This document shows positions 39,104-51,639 of a DNA stretch of 64,000 bases, piece after piece; within the stretch, counting starts at the first letter, position 1; each line of letters begins with the position of its first letter. The translations under genes were made by a program, and so were the position numbers. The notes under the pieces were generated by a model that was given only the letters and a program-made list of their open reading frames with translations, was not told the origin of the DNA and did not search any database. Source of the stretch: Octopus sinensis (Eukaryota); NCBI RefSeq assembly GCF_006345805.1, contig NC_043002.1, positions 79,856,001-79,920,000 of the forward strand, written 5' to 3'.

Positions 39104-39519
39104 ATGACAGTCGTTCAACGTGGACTAAATAAAAAAAAACCTGCCAAATGGATAAAGAAGCACGATTAAAAGAAAGTGTATGAGATATTAACAGAAGCAT
39201 ATATAAAAAAGAAACAAAAAACAATAAAAAAACAATGTTAAAAAGCAACACGAACAATATGTACTATAGTTGCAACTACTTAAAAGGATAATCTATAATA
39301 ACAAAAATGGCCGACATGAAAAACATAATGGCGGCCGTGAAATAAGAATTTAAAAATAAAATAGGAATAAAATAGCATCTATGACAGTGACAAGTTAACA
39401 TGTATGAAACACCAGGTCTAGGAACGAAATCAGTGAACAGATTTTATTGTATGAATGCGATTTGTATGCTGAATTAAAATGAGTTACTAATCTAGCTAAC
39501 AACATTGACCCAACAAACA

Positions 39520-39544
39520 CAACAACAACAACAACAACAACAAC

Positions 39545-39633
<89 letters not shown>

Positions 39634-39765
39634 TAAGAGAAGACAAAAAGCTAAATAACTAATACTAACTTGATATAAAAAATAAAATAAAACAAAATAA
39701 AGTTAATTCTGTGACAATTGTCATTTATTACAAAATCAGAAGTGCCGAAGTCACAGAAAACGATA

Positions 39766-39827
<62 letters not shown>

Positions 39828-39898
39828 GAACAATAATAACAAGAACAATAATAATAATAATAATAATAATAATGATAATAATAATAATAATAATGATG

Positions 39899-39955
<57 letters not shown>
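39520..39955. repeat. (AAC)n/(AAT)n arrays
   Basis: Direct reading. Confidence 0.95.
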
Positions 39956-40266
39956 TGAGAGACGAAAAAAGTTTAAAAAAAAAGGAAACTATTAAACAAT
40001 GTTTTACGAGAAGGTTTGCTGTGATGATTATGTTTTATTTGCGAGAATAACTGCATGCATAATACAAACTTCAATGCAAAACTGTGTTGATTCAGTTTGA
40101 AAAACTAGGCATTGTATTTGATAAATCTGCAGAAAATTGGATGATGACATTTTAGCATTTTAAAACGAGAAGTGTTGCCCTTAGCATTTAATCAGATGAA
40201 TGCCACACTGAAACGAAATATTCAGCTCCTTCTCCTTTCGTTCATTTTCTTTTTTCTTTTTCATGT

Positions 40267-40314
<48 letters not shown>

Positions 40315-40696
40315 CTATCTCTCTCTTTATATGCACATATATACAGAGAGAAAGAAACACGCACGCACTCATGCGCAAACATATATAAGCTCGCATGTGT
40401 GTTTGCATTTGCTGGCGCAGTTGCAAATTTGTTCAACACATGCGCGTTTTGAAAGCGTACAGTGTTTGTTATATTTGTGTGTTAGTTACCCAGAATGTTC
40501 CCTTATGCCCAATGGTTTCATGCAGTTAATAAACATTAAAATATGAAAGAATCACTCCGTTTAACACCAAACGTTTGTGCCTATGAATGCGTGTATGTGT
40601 GTGTGTGTCTCTGTGCACAAATGAGATTATTTTTATTTCCATGTATGACCCAGTTGTTGTTGCAAATGCATTTTATTTTGCTGGTACAGCAGTTAT

Positions 40697-41012
40697 CTTC
40701 AGTGGTTAGAGCGTCGAGCTTACGATCGAGAGGTTGTGAGTTCGAATCCTGGCTGCATGTTGTGTTCTTGAGCAATACACTTTAGTTCACATTGCTCCAG
40801 TTCACTCAGCTGTAGAAATGAGTTGCAACGTCATAGGTGCCAAGCTGTATCTGCTGTTGCCTTTTCCTTGGATAACACTGGTGGCGTGGAGAGGGGAGGC
40901 CGGTATGCATGGGTGACTGCTGGTCTTCCATAATCAACCTTGCCTGGACTTATACTTGGGAGGGTAACTTTCTAGGTGCAATCCCACGGTCAGTCATGAC
41001 CGAAGGGGGTCT
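40697..41012 (+). mobile_element. SINE family D
   Basis: Homologous to 27789-28131. Confidence 0.9.
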
Positions 41013-41014
41013 CA

Positions 41015-41070
<56 letters not shown>

Positions 41071-41114
41071 GTGTGTGTGTATGTATGTGCGTGTGTGTGT
41101 ATATTTACATAAGT

Positions 41115-41345
41115 CAGTTTCCTGGTAGAATCGTTAGGAAGCCAGGCAAAATGCTTAGCGACATTTCGTACGACTTTACGTTCTACGTTCAAATTTCACC
41201 GAGGTCGACTTTGCTTTCCACCATTTGGGTTCGATAAAAGTATATTCCACCATTTGGGTTCGATAAGTACCAGTTCAGCACTGGGGGTGATGTAATCGAC
41301 TTATCACCTCCACCGAAATTGCTTGCCTTGTGCCAAAATTTGGAA
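41115..41345 (+). mobile_element. SINE family A with short internal duplication
   Basis: CCACCATTTGGGTTCGATAA occurs twice within the central domain. Confidence 0.8.
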
Positions 41346-41532
41346 TCGATAAAATAAGTTCCAGTAGAAAACTGGGATCGATGTGATAGACATACCCTCC
41401 GCCCCACCGGAAGTTGCTAGTCATGTGAAACCAATATATATCACCATATAAAAGTGCTGTGCAGTTTACTACATGTCTATGGTCTATGTCTCAATATAAA
41501 AATACATCGAAACGTGTAGTGATATGTTTTAT

Positions 41533-41700
41533 AGAGTAGTGGTTAAAGCAGCGGACTCGCGGTCGAGGGATCGCAGGTTCGAATCTCAGACCGGGCGATG
41601 AATGTGTTTATGAGCCAAACACCTAAGCTCAACGCGGCTCTGGCAGAAGGTAATGGCGAACTTCTGCTGACTCTTTCGCCTCAACTTTCTGTCGTTATCT
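41533..41700 (+). mobile_element. SINE family C-related head
   Basis: GTGGTTAAAGCAGCGGACTCGCGGTC..GGTTCGAATCTCAGACCGGGCG..AAACACCTAAGCTC. Confidence 0.7.
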
Positions 41701-41705
41701 TTTCT

Positions 41706-41930
41706 CTACGTTATTTGAACCATCTTTTTTAAATCATCTTCCCACCTGATTCGGTACCACTCGACAACTGCATGCTTCCACCCGCTGTCAGTGAACCTTG
41801 CGACATGATCGGCCCATCGTAGATTTGCGTGGTGGTATTCTGCGAAAACGTCCTCCAATCCCTGATTTCGTTGTTTCGGGCTTGGCAACTTAGCGAGATT
41901 CCCAGCATCAACCTTTTCTTGGCTCAGTCC
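41706..41930 (-). mobile_element. RTE LINE C-terminal fragment
   Basis: MLGISL..RNNEIR and LRWADHVARFTDSGW..VVEWY..RWEDDL match RTE-1 C-terminal motifs. Confidence 0.8.
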
Positions 41931-42835
41931 TTACTGAACCATCTACGCAAACGATTTGTAAATAGTGATCAAATATGTATGCTGTATGTTAACACACCCC
42001 CTCCATCAATTCTACGTTCCCTGAACTGGTTCCAAAGCGATCGCAGTGTGACGTGGAGTGTTTTGTTCAAAGATGCAATAAACCACCCGGGACAGAAGCT
42101 GAAAACACGATCTCGCGCGCAACACCTTGGCGCTAGTCCATGTGCTCCCTCATATAAATAAATATATATGTTCCCTTATATAATTGTATAATGAATATAT
42201 AAAATCCTTATTGTAGTATAATTTAAGTACAAGGTTTTATAGCATGTTGGCCAGTTGATATTATCTATCATCATTTACATGATTTTATCCTTGTTTATAT
42301 ACATATATAAAATATTTATGCTACGGATGGGAACTGCTTTGCTTTGAGGCTATTTCGGTTTTACAAAATACGCGGCTGAAATGAGAAGTAAAAAATTGAC
42401 TTAATTTTGAAGCATAAGCGCGGATATTTGCACATGGTCGTACGAATTTGTTTCGTGGGTGTATGTATGAATATTTGTGACTATGTTTCTTTGAACATTG
42501 CGCTGAGGATAGGAAATAAGATATTTTACCGCTTTAATTTCGAAATTGGAGCAATACACAATTGATTGTGGAGTTTTCTTTTGTATCTTTCATTGGCCCG
42601 TCCACAACCCGTACTTTTAGCAGGAGCTAAAAGTGATTTCTAACATTTTTTGGCGTATTCTTACAACATGTTGGAGCTGGGTTTTTTCCTCTTCCCTTAT
42701 ATAATTATTATTTTAGTATCATTTAACCACAAGCTTTTATAGCATGTTGGTCACTTGATATTATCACTTACATGATTTTATCCTGCAGTCAAATGACTGA
42801 GAAAAGTTGAAGATGAAAGATATAATGTATGAAAG

Positions 42836-42870
<35 letters not shown>

Positions 42871-42877
<7 letters not shown>

Positions 42878-43074
42878 TAATCCAAACAAGAAAGCACAAG
42901 AAAACACAACAACGCGAGGACGTGGAACAAATATAGTATTATTGGACGCTCAGGAAAGAAGGAAAGAAGGAAGGTTTAACGTTTCGAGCGGAGCTCTTCG
43001 TCGGAAACATAGGAGAAGGAAAGATCCAGAGAAGGGAAGACAGGGGAAAAAAATCGCCAACGGTACACACGAGG

Positions 43075-43078
<4 letters not shown>
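42871..43078 (-). mobile_element. TA-associated Penelope-like terminal-repeat fragment with minimal hammerhead
   Basis: Between (TA)n and (CA)n; minus strand 43008-42974 reads GTTT CCGACGA A GAGC TCC GCTC GAAA CGT T AAAC. Confidence 0.7.
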
Positions 43079-43113
<35 letters not shown>

Positions 43114-44599
43114 ACACACACACATATATATATATAAGCATGTATGTATATGTGTATGTATGAATAATAAGGGACTATTTTACACTTTTTAATAAACTTT
43201 GTTTAAACAGGAAAGTTTTAACTAACCAAACCGATTGTTAACATTATTAACGCACAACAAAGAAAAACATTAACGTGACACGACTTATGAAATTTTGTAC
43301 GAAATTGTATTTAAATTTTAATATTCCTCATTATGTTTTGCGTCAAATTATTAAATGATGTTTGGTTTTATTATTTTCAGTTCTATTCTGATCTTGCTGC
43401 ATAGAATGAGATATACCTTTGATGCTGGAAGCGCAGTAACTGTTGTTTAGGATACTGTGGACATTTTTTAAATGAAACTAATAGCGCTTCACATCGTTGT
43501 TAATCAGAGTTGGCCACGAAAAATTACCGAAATGATGGATCGATAGATGACTTTTTAAACAAAGTTCTATAGAAATATCACATACAGATTTGGCTGTGCT
43601 TCTTAAATAAAACTCAGCTAAAGCAGTCTGACGTAAAATAAACATATTTCTCTGAGAAGCACTAGTGCATGCATACATTTCTCTTGAGAACTTAAAAATT
43701 GCACATAGTCAGACAGATATATATCGGTGGTCGGGCGAGTAGTACTTTAATTTTTACAACGCCAATTGTGAAGTATATGCGCGAAGTCGTAAAGCAAAGA
43801 ATTTTACTTAGAGTGCATGAAACCGACTTTATGCTGCTGTGGATGTTGCAATGTCGTAGTTTCAGTACGGATGCCTTAAAAAGAGGATTACTTATATATG
43901 AGACCACTTGTATCATGAAGAGTATTGCTTACTGGAGATCATAGACTTGTGAAAACTTGTGTCACGCTGACTCTGTTTGAAGATAACATTAAAAGTGCAT
44001 GCACCTGCGAAGTATTTAGCCATTGCACAGGTTAACTGAATGAACGTCCAATTAATCGTGTATGTCATTGCTTTAACATCGAAATCGACGAGTGGACTGG
44101 ATTATTTCTACACTAATCACGATATTACTAAATGCCATGTTCATTTAATCTGGTTGAGGATTTTTAGCTTGACAACGAGCCAAATCTTCAAAAGCAGGGA
44201 AATTATCGGATTCATCATTCGCTTGAATTATAGTAACTTGTGGATGCAAGCGCTTCAGATGGAAAATACAAGGCATTGAGCAAATTGTATGTTAACAACA
44301 CCACAATGACAAACCCCCACCCGCCAAAACATGTAGGAAAAGCTATATCCGGCAATGTCATTTACAAACTTTAAAATTCGACGCTCCGTAGATTTAATTC
44401 CAATTTAAGGAATTTATAAATGATATTATCTGATATATGTTGCTCGATTATTGCAGGTCGGTGGAGTTTACATAATTACACGTTTCACTCAATGTCTTGT
44501 ATTTTTTTCATTAAATGCTCTTATCGTTGGCTCTGATATAGTCCACCATTAAAGACATATCATTATAAATTTCTCAATAACACGTTTCAGCTTCTTTCT

Positions 44600-44988
44600 T
44601 TTATTCTTCTTTTACTTGTTCCAGTCAGCTGTCTGCGGCCAAGCTGGTGCAACGCCTTTAGTCGAACAAATCGACCCCAGTACTTAATTCTTTGTAAGCC
44701 TAGTACTTATTCTGTCGGTCTCTTTTCCCGAACCGTTTAGTTACGGAGACGTAAACATAACCAACATCGGTTGCCAAGCGATGGTGGGGGAACAAACACA
44801 GACACACAAACATATATATATACACGACGGGCTTCTTTCAGTTTCCATCTACCAAATCCGCTCACAAGGCTTTGGTCGGCCCGAGGCTATAGTAGAAGAC
44901 ACTTGCCCAAGGTGCCACACAGTGGGACTGAACCCAGAACGATGTGGTTGGTAAGCAAGCTACTTACCACACAGCCACTCCTGCACCT
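44600..44988 (-). mobile_element. SINE family B, full length
   Basis: Complete head to tail in reverse complement. Confidence 0.9.
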
Positions 44989-45617
44989 ATCTGGAAATTA
45001 TATTTTTACGCAAGCTGCTATTGTGAGAGCCAACTCACGATGAAAACCTATTCGAACATTGGTCTATCAACTCTCAGACGATACAAACCTAACTAAGGAA
45101 CAGCTATTACCAGCAATAGAAAATTGTGAAACGTTGAGAGACTGTCAGGAATATTTGACCCTGGTCGAAATGATATGATATATATTATATATCTCTATCC
45201 TTATAAAAAGACAAGTTTGTTTGTTTCATTGTTTGTACGTTGACCGCTGTTTTTCACGTCATCTAAATTAATTTGACCATTCTGCAGATAACCGTGTACG
45301 TATTTTCCGAAAACAGTTTTTGGGGACAGTTGGAGGTGTACTGGGTCCTATTTCTAGAAAGTCACGTACTATTTTACCGTAATATTTATATGTTTTCTTA
45401 TCTCTATCCTAATCAAAAGCTAAGTTTATTTGTTTGTGCGTTGAGGGCTGAAAACACTAAATAACATCGCGTCAGTTCGTGTCATTTAAATTTCTTAGAA
45501 CATTCCGCAGATAACTGTGCATTTACTTTCCGAAAACAGTTTGAGGTCAGTTTGCTTGTCTATGTGTATGTGTGTGTGCGCGCACGTGTATATATATATA
45601 TATATATATATATATCT

Positions 45618-45659
<42 letters not shown>

Positions 45660-45936
45660 GTATATATATCTGTATATATATGTATATAGTTCACAGATGA
45701 GATCTAAGCGTTCTCAGTCTAGAAGGTACTTAGTACTGCTCAAAAGATTCAGACTTAAACACTGACGTCTTTACAGGAGATCAATCCACAAGGTAAAGCG
45801 ATGCTAGTAGAGAGATCCAGCTGGGCGGGCATAGAGGGAATTATACGGATAAACAAATTAGACACATCAAATATATTAGATATATTAAATATGCTTAATA
45901 AATTTGAGGCATCTAGTTTGTTTATCCGCATAATTG

Positions 45937-45969
<33 letters not shown>

Positions 45970-46724
45970 GTCACTAATGACAGACGTTTTCACTTTTACT
46001 GCATATATCACCGTTTGTTTTTACTGTCTTGTTCTCACTGTCCTGTTTTTGTTACCACTTTAACCCTCCGCAAAAAAATACCAAATTTTATTTAATTTGT
46101 TTTGCGACAAAGACTGTTTTAACGAAGTCGCGTCTTGTTCCTACATTCGAAACGCGGAGTAGATAAAACAGGGGACGACTGATGAAGGGAATGTTAATTA
46201 TGTTGCCTGTTTCGTTTGTCTATATGTTTCTTTCTTTGTTCGAAAAAAATGTTCCTCTTCTATGTTTTTTATGCTCTCGCTTTTTTTTGTTTACGTTATT
46301 TTGATGCTGTGTGCCCATATATGCATGTATATATACATATATATTTAGGTATATACATATATGTATGTATATATACATATACTTATATATCATTTATATT
46401 ATATATCTATATATCTATATATATCACTAAAGGCAGAAATTATCACTTTGACTGTATATATATATATTTCGAAACGCGAGTAGATGAAAGAGAGGCGGCT
46501 GAAGAAGGGGAATGTTCCTTTGTGTTGTATGTCTTGTACTCTTTTATTTCGTTGTTTAAGAAAAATGTCAATTTCCTTGGTTTCTGTTTATGTTTTCGTT
46601 TCTCATTGTATTCGAGGGTTTTTTTTTTGTGTCCTGTACCCATATATGCATGTATATATACATGTAGATGTAGGTACGTACATATATGTATGTATGCATA
46701 TGTTTTATTTAGTTTTTGTTATTT

Positions 46725-46755
<31 letters not shown>

Positions 46756-47366
46756 TATATATATATCTATATATATATATATGTAGGCGCAGGAGTAACT
46801 TGCTTCCCAACCACATAGATCCAAGTTCAGTTCCACTGCATGGCATCTAGGTCACGTGTCTTCTAGTATAGCCTCGGGCCGACCAGAGCCTTGTGAGTGG
46901 GTTTGGAATACGGTAAGTTATTTCTGTCCTGCTCTTAAAGGCATTATTTCATGATCAACGCCATCAACATTACCATCATCATCATCATCATCATCATCAT
47001 CGTCATCGTCACCACCACCACCACCACCACCACCACTACCACCACTACCACCACCACCAACAGCAGCAACAACAACAACGTCAGCACTGCTATTATATCC
47101 ATCACCACTGCCATTGTCACAATTACAAGCAACACATCACCGTGTACATCATCAGCATCATCATTGTCATCGCCGTCATCGTCGTCACCGTCGTCGTCAT
47201 CATCATCATCATTATCATCATCCCCACCATCATCATCGTCGTTATCATCAGCAGGAGCACCACGACCACCATTACTAATACAACCATCACCACCTCCGTC
47301 ACCATCAAAATACCACTGCTGTTGCAACCACCACCACCACCACCACCATATATATATATATATATA

Positions 47367-47544
47367 CTCTTTTACTTGTTTCAGTCATTTGATTGCGGCC
47401 AGGACTTATATTTTGTAAGCGTAGTACTTATTCTATCGTCTCTTTTGCCGAATCGCTAAGTTACGGGGAAGTAAAAACACGATGTTGGGGGGGGGGGACA
47501 AACACAGACACACAAACATATACACACACATACATACATACATA

Positions 47545-47586
<42 letters not shown>

Positions 47587-47730
47587 TCCGATGGACTTCT
47601 TACAGTTTCCGTCTAGCAAATCCACTCACAAGTCAAGTCTTTGGTCTGCCCGAAGCTATAGTAGCAGACAAACTGTCCAAGGTGCCACGCAGTGGGACTG
47701 AACCCGGAACCATGTGGCTGGTAAGCAAGC
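47367..47730 (-). mobile_element. SINE family B with internal deletions
   Basis: Head, internal TA array and tail recognisable. Confidence 0.85.
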
Positions 47731-48595
47731 TAATTATCATCTTCAACATCACCAAAAAGATGGACAAAAAAAATCTTGATCCCCATCGTCGAAGCCATGA
47801 TAGCGTCATCATCATCATCATCACCATCGTCATCAACACCGCCATCACCGTAGAGAACAAAGACTATATAGCAAGCACAGAGACTGTTCACAAGTATATT
47901 TATTATCTCATCATGCCTCAACGGCAGCAGTCAGTATCATTAAGTCACAATAACAACAAGAGCAACAACATTAGCGACAGCAGATATTTGACCTACAGTC
48001 ACAATTTCCACAATGGCAGGCAGCAAAATAAGTAGTAGCAACAGCAGCGGCAGCCGCAGCAGCAACAGCAACAGCAGCAGCAACGGCGGCGGCAGTGGCA
48101 GCGGCGCTAGTAGTATAGTAGTAGTAGTAGTAGTAGTAAGTAGTAGCAGCAGCAGCAGCAGCAGCAGCGGCGGCGGCGGTGTTGATGGTGGTGGGAGGTC
48201 ATAATTATTATCATCGCCATCGCCATCGCCGGCAGCAATATAGTAGTTTGTAACAGCAGCAGCACAAAGGGTTGCAGCAGCAACAACAGCAGGAACTGCA
48301 GCAGCATTAAATAAATAAAATAACATAGAAACAGTAAGCGTCAGCATTCGCATGATTTTTTTCTCCCTCTCTTGATAACCCTCATTGATCGTCATCGATA
48401 TCTTCCGGCTGTATCACTAGAACCATCATCATCATCATCACCACCATAATTGCCGTCGTTGTCGTCGTTGTCGTCGTCACCATCACGATGGTCAGCGGCG
48501 TCGTCGTCGGCGTTATCCTCACCGTAATTACTATCCATCACCATCATCATCATCATCATCATCATCGTCATCGTCATAGTCGAAGTCGTAATCAT

Positions 48596-48627
<32 letters not shown>

Positions 48628-48944
48628 GCAGCATCTTCATCAATGTTCATCATAATCAACATCATCATCATTATCGTCGTCATCGTCATCGCAATCATCT
48701 TCATCATCATCATCATCATCATCATCACCATCACCATTGTCATCGTCGTCGTTAACATCATCATCATTACCACCATCACCACCACATATATATGTATATG
48801 TATATTTGTGTGTGTGTGTGTGTGTGTATGTTTCTTTAGGCTTGAACCTCTATGTTCAAATTTCGCTGCGGTCGACCTTGTCTGTCATCCTTTCAGGGGT
48901 GAAAAAATGAGTACGTTCAGGAGTATACTCTCTCTCTCTGTCTC

Positions 48945-49345
48945 TACTCTTTTACTTGTTTCAATCATTTGATTGCGGCCATGCTGGAGCACCGCCTTTA
49001 GTCGAGCAAATCGACCCCAGTACTTATTCTTTGTAAGCCTAGTACTTATTCTATCCGTATATTTTGCCGAACCGCTTAGTTACGGAGACGTAAACTCACC
49101 AGCATCGGTGCCAAGCAATGTTGGTAGGATAAACACAGACACACAAACATATACACACACACATACATATATATATACACATATATACAACAGACTTCTT
49201 TCAGTTTCCGTCTACCAAATCCACTCACAAGGCTTTGGTCGGCCCGAGACTATAGTTGAAGACACTTACCCAAGGTGCCATGCAGTGGGACTGAACCTGG
49301 AACCATGCGGTTGGTAAGCAAGCTACTTACCACACAGCCGCTCCT
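48945..49345 (-). mobile_element. SINE family B, full length
   Basis: Complete head to tail in reverse complement. Confidence 0.9.
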
Positions 49346-49717
49346 TTGCCTATGTTCAATTTTCGCTGTTGTCGACCTTGTCTGTCGTCCTTTCAGGGAC
49401 GGAAAAATGTGTACGAGTTCAGGAATATAGTAAACTTCTTCCCACAAATTTCAGATCTTCTAATAATAAAAGAAACTAAAAAAAAAAGTTATCATTAACG
49501 AGCTAATAATAACGGATTGGTAAAATCTTTAAGGCATCGAAAAAATATCTTTACAGCATTATTATCTTTCGATTTGTTTCGATCACAATCCGAATCCCAC
49601 GGATATCTGCTTCCCTTTGCGGCCTATTCTTTTACAACAGAACGGGCGATAACATTGTAATCTAATCGTCTCTTCTACTAAAGTCCTGAATTCTGTAATG
49701 TAATAATCCCTTCTACT

Positions 49718-49909
49718 AAAGGTCTGAAATTCTCGGGGAGGGGACTAGTAGATTACATCGACTCCAATGTATCACTGGTAATTAATTTATATACTCTGAA
49801 AGGACGAAAGGCAAAGTCGAGTGGAATTTGAACTCAGAACGTGAAGGCAAACGAAATACTACTAAGCATTTCGCCCGGCGTGCTAACGATTCTGCCAGCT
49901 CGCAGCCTT
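49718..49909 (-). mobile_element. SINE family A
   Basis: Reverse complement AGGCTGCGAGCTGGCAGAATCGTTAGCACGCCGGGCGAAATGCTTAG..GAGTTCAAATTCC. Confidence 0.85.
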
Positions 49910-49933
49910 AACTTTGTAATGTAACAATAATTC

Positions 49934-50097
49934 AGTTCTATATTTAAGAGATGAGGAGTCAAGTACATTATTTACATTATTTATATTTGACGGATATTTG
50001 TCCTCCGGCTGATATGCCCTCCAGCCAGCATCAAGTGTCTTGGGGAAATTTCGAACCTGGGTTCTCATTCCTAAGGTATTTTTCAATGTTGTTGTTG

Positions 50098-50152
<55 letters not shown>

Positions 50153-50420
50153 GGTCACTGCCATATGGCTTAGTGGTTAAGGGCGCGGGCTGCGAACCAC
50201 AAGATTCCGAGTTCGATTTCAGGCAGTGACCTTAATAATAATAATCACAATAATAGCAACATCGAAAAATACCTAAGAAATGAGAACCCAGGTTCGAAAT
50301 TTCCCCAAACACCTGATGAAGGCTGGAGGGTATATCAGCCGAAACTTTGTGTTGACAACAAACAAGAGGAGGACAAATATCCGTCAAATGTAAATAATAT
50401 AAATAATGTAAATAAAGTAA
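49934..50420 (+). mobile_element. tRNA-headed, hammerhead-bearing retroelement in fold-back arrangement
   Basis: tRNA-like head about 50160-50229; hammerhead 50308-50353; left arm 49934-50162 is an inverted copy of the body. Confidence 0.82.
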
Positions 50421-50973
50421 TAATACTTGCAATCGATAAAGAATGCCACTAGCATTCACGCAAATATAAGCTAACATGCTCTCGGTACAATTAACAAAAG
50501 ATATAACCATTCAATTGATCAGAACAGGAGAAAAGGTCAACAGATTGAAAACATAAAATCGTTAGAATATCAGTATAAATATATGTATTACTTTAAGTGT
50601 AATAAACTGAAGATATATTATTGAGCAGAATCAAACCTGATGCGAGTGAATGTATGCGCCTACAGATATACATACACACATACACATGTATATATGTGTG
50701 TATGTGTGCATACAAATATACATAGATATACATGCATAGACACTCATATTCTTGTTTTTCTGCCTGTTGTCTGTCTTGCTTCCTAGATATATTTCTTTCG
50801 ACACCAGGCACAAGGCCTGGAATTTAGGGGTGGGGCGAGTGCAGTCAATACCAGCGGATTTGAACTCTGAACGTAAAGACAGACGAAATGCTGCTAAGCA
50901 TTTCGCCTGGTGTGCTAATGATCCTGCGAGCTCGCCGCCTTGATCTCTAGATATATTTATACATGCATACATA

Positions 50974-51161
50974 GGTGTGGCTGTGTGGTGAGTAGCATGC
51001 TTCCCAACCACATGGTCCCGGGTTCAGTCTCACTGCGTGGCACTTTGAGCAAGTGTCTCCGACTATAGCCTCGGGCCAACTAAACCCTTGTGATTGGATT
51101 TACTGGACGAAAACTAAAAGGTGCCAAAAGTATATTTATATATATTATATTATATAATATA

Positions 51162-51193
<32 letters not shown>

Positions 51194-51225
51194 GTGTATG
51201 TATGTATGTATGTATGTAGGTATGT

Positions 51226-51257
<32 letters not shown>

Positions 51258-51485
51258 TGTATGTGTGTATGTATGTATATGTTTGCGCTTCTGCGTTTGT
51301 CCCCCATACCAACGCTTGACAACTGATGTTGGTGTGTTTACGTACCTATAACTTAGCTGTTCGGCAAACAAAGCCGATGGAATAAGTAGTAGTCTTACAA
51401 AAGAACATGTCCTGGGGTCGAGTTGTTCGACTAAAGGCAGTGCTCCAGCATGGCCGCAGTCAAATGACAGAAACAAATAAAAAGG
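50974..51485 (+). mobile_element. SINE family B
   Basis: Head GGTGTGGCTGTGTGG..GGTTCAGTCTCAC, internal TA/TATG array, tail. Confidence 0.88.
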
Positions 51486-51639
51486 AATGAATTTAAAAAA
51501 TACGTCCTTACATATATATTGATCTACGCGTTGAGGGCGAGTATTTTCGCTTTTTTTTTAATATGGCTACTCGTTGTTTGTGTGCATTAAGTAGGATACA
51601 TAGCTGGCTATTTCATACACATATCATTTGCGATTAGAA

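Noticed and set aside
46944-48790. Long low-complexity ORFs such as 46951-47418 and 47940-48395
   Set aside because: Triplet mosaics open in several frames on both strands and interrupted by SINEs; no domain signal.
50160-50229. Functional tRNA gene
   Set aside because: No proper acceptor stem, and the anticodon loop differs between the two copies; it is a tRNA-derived head. The same applies to the heads of SINE families A-D.
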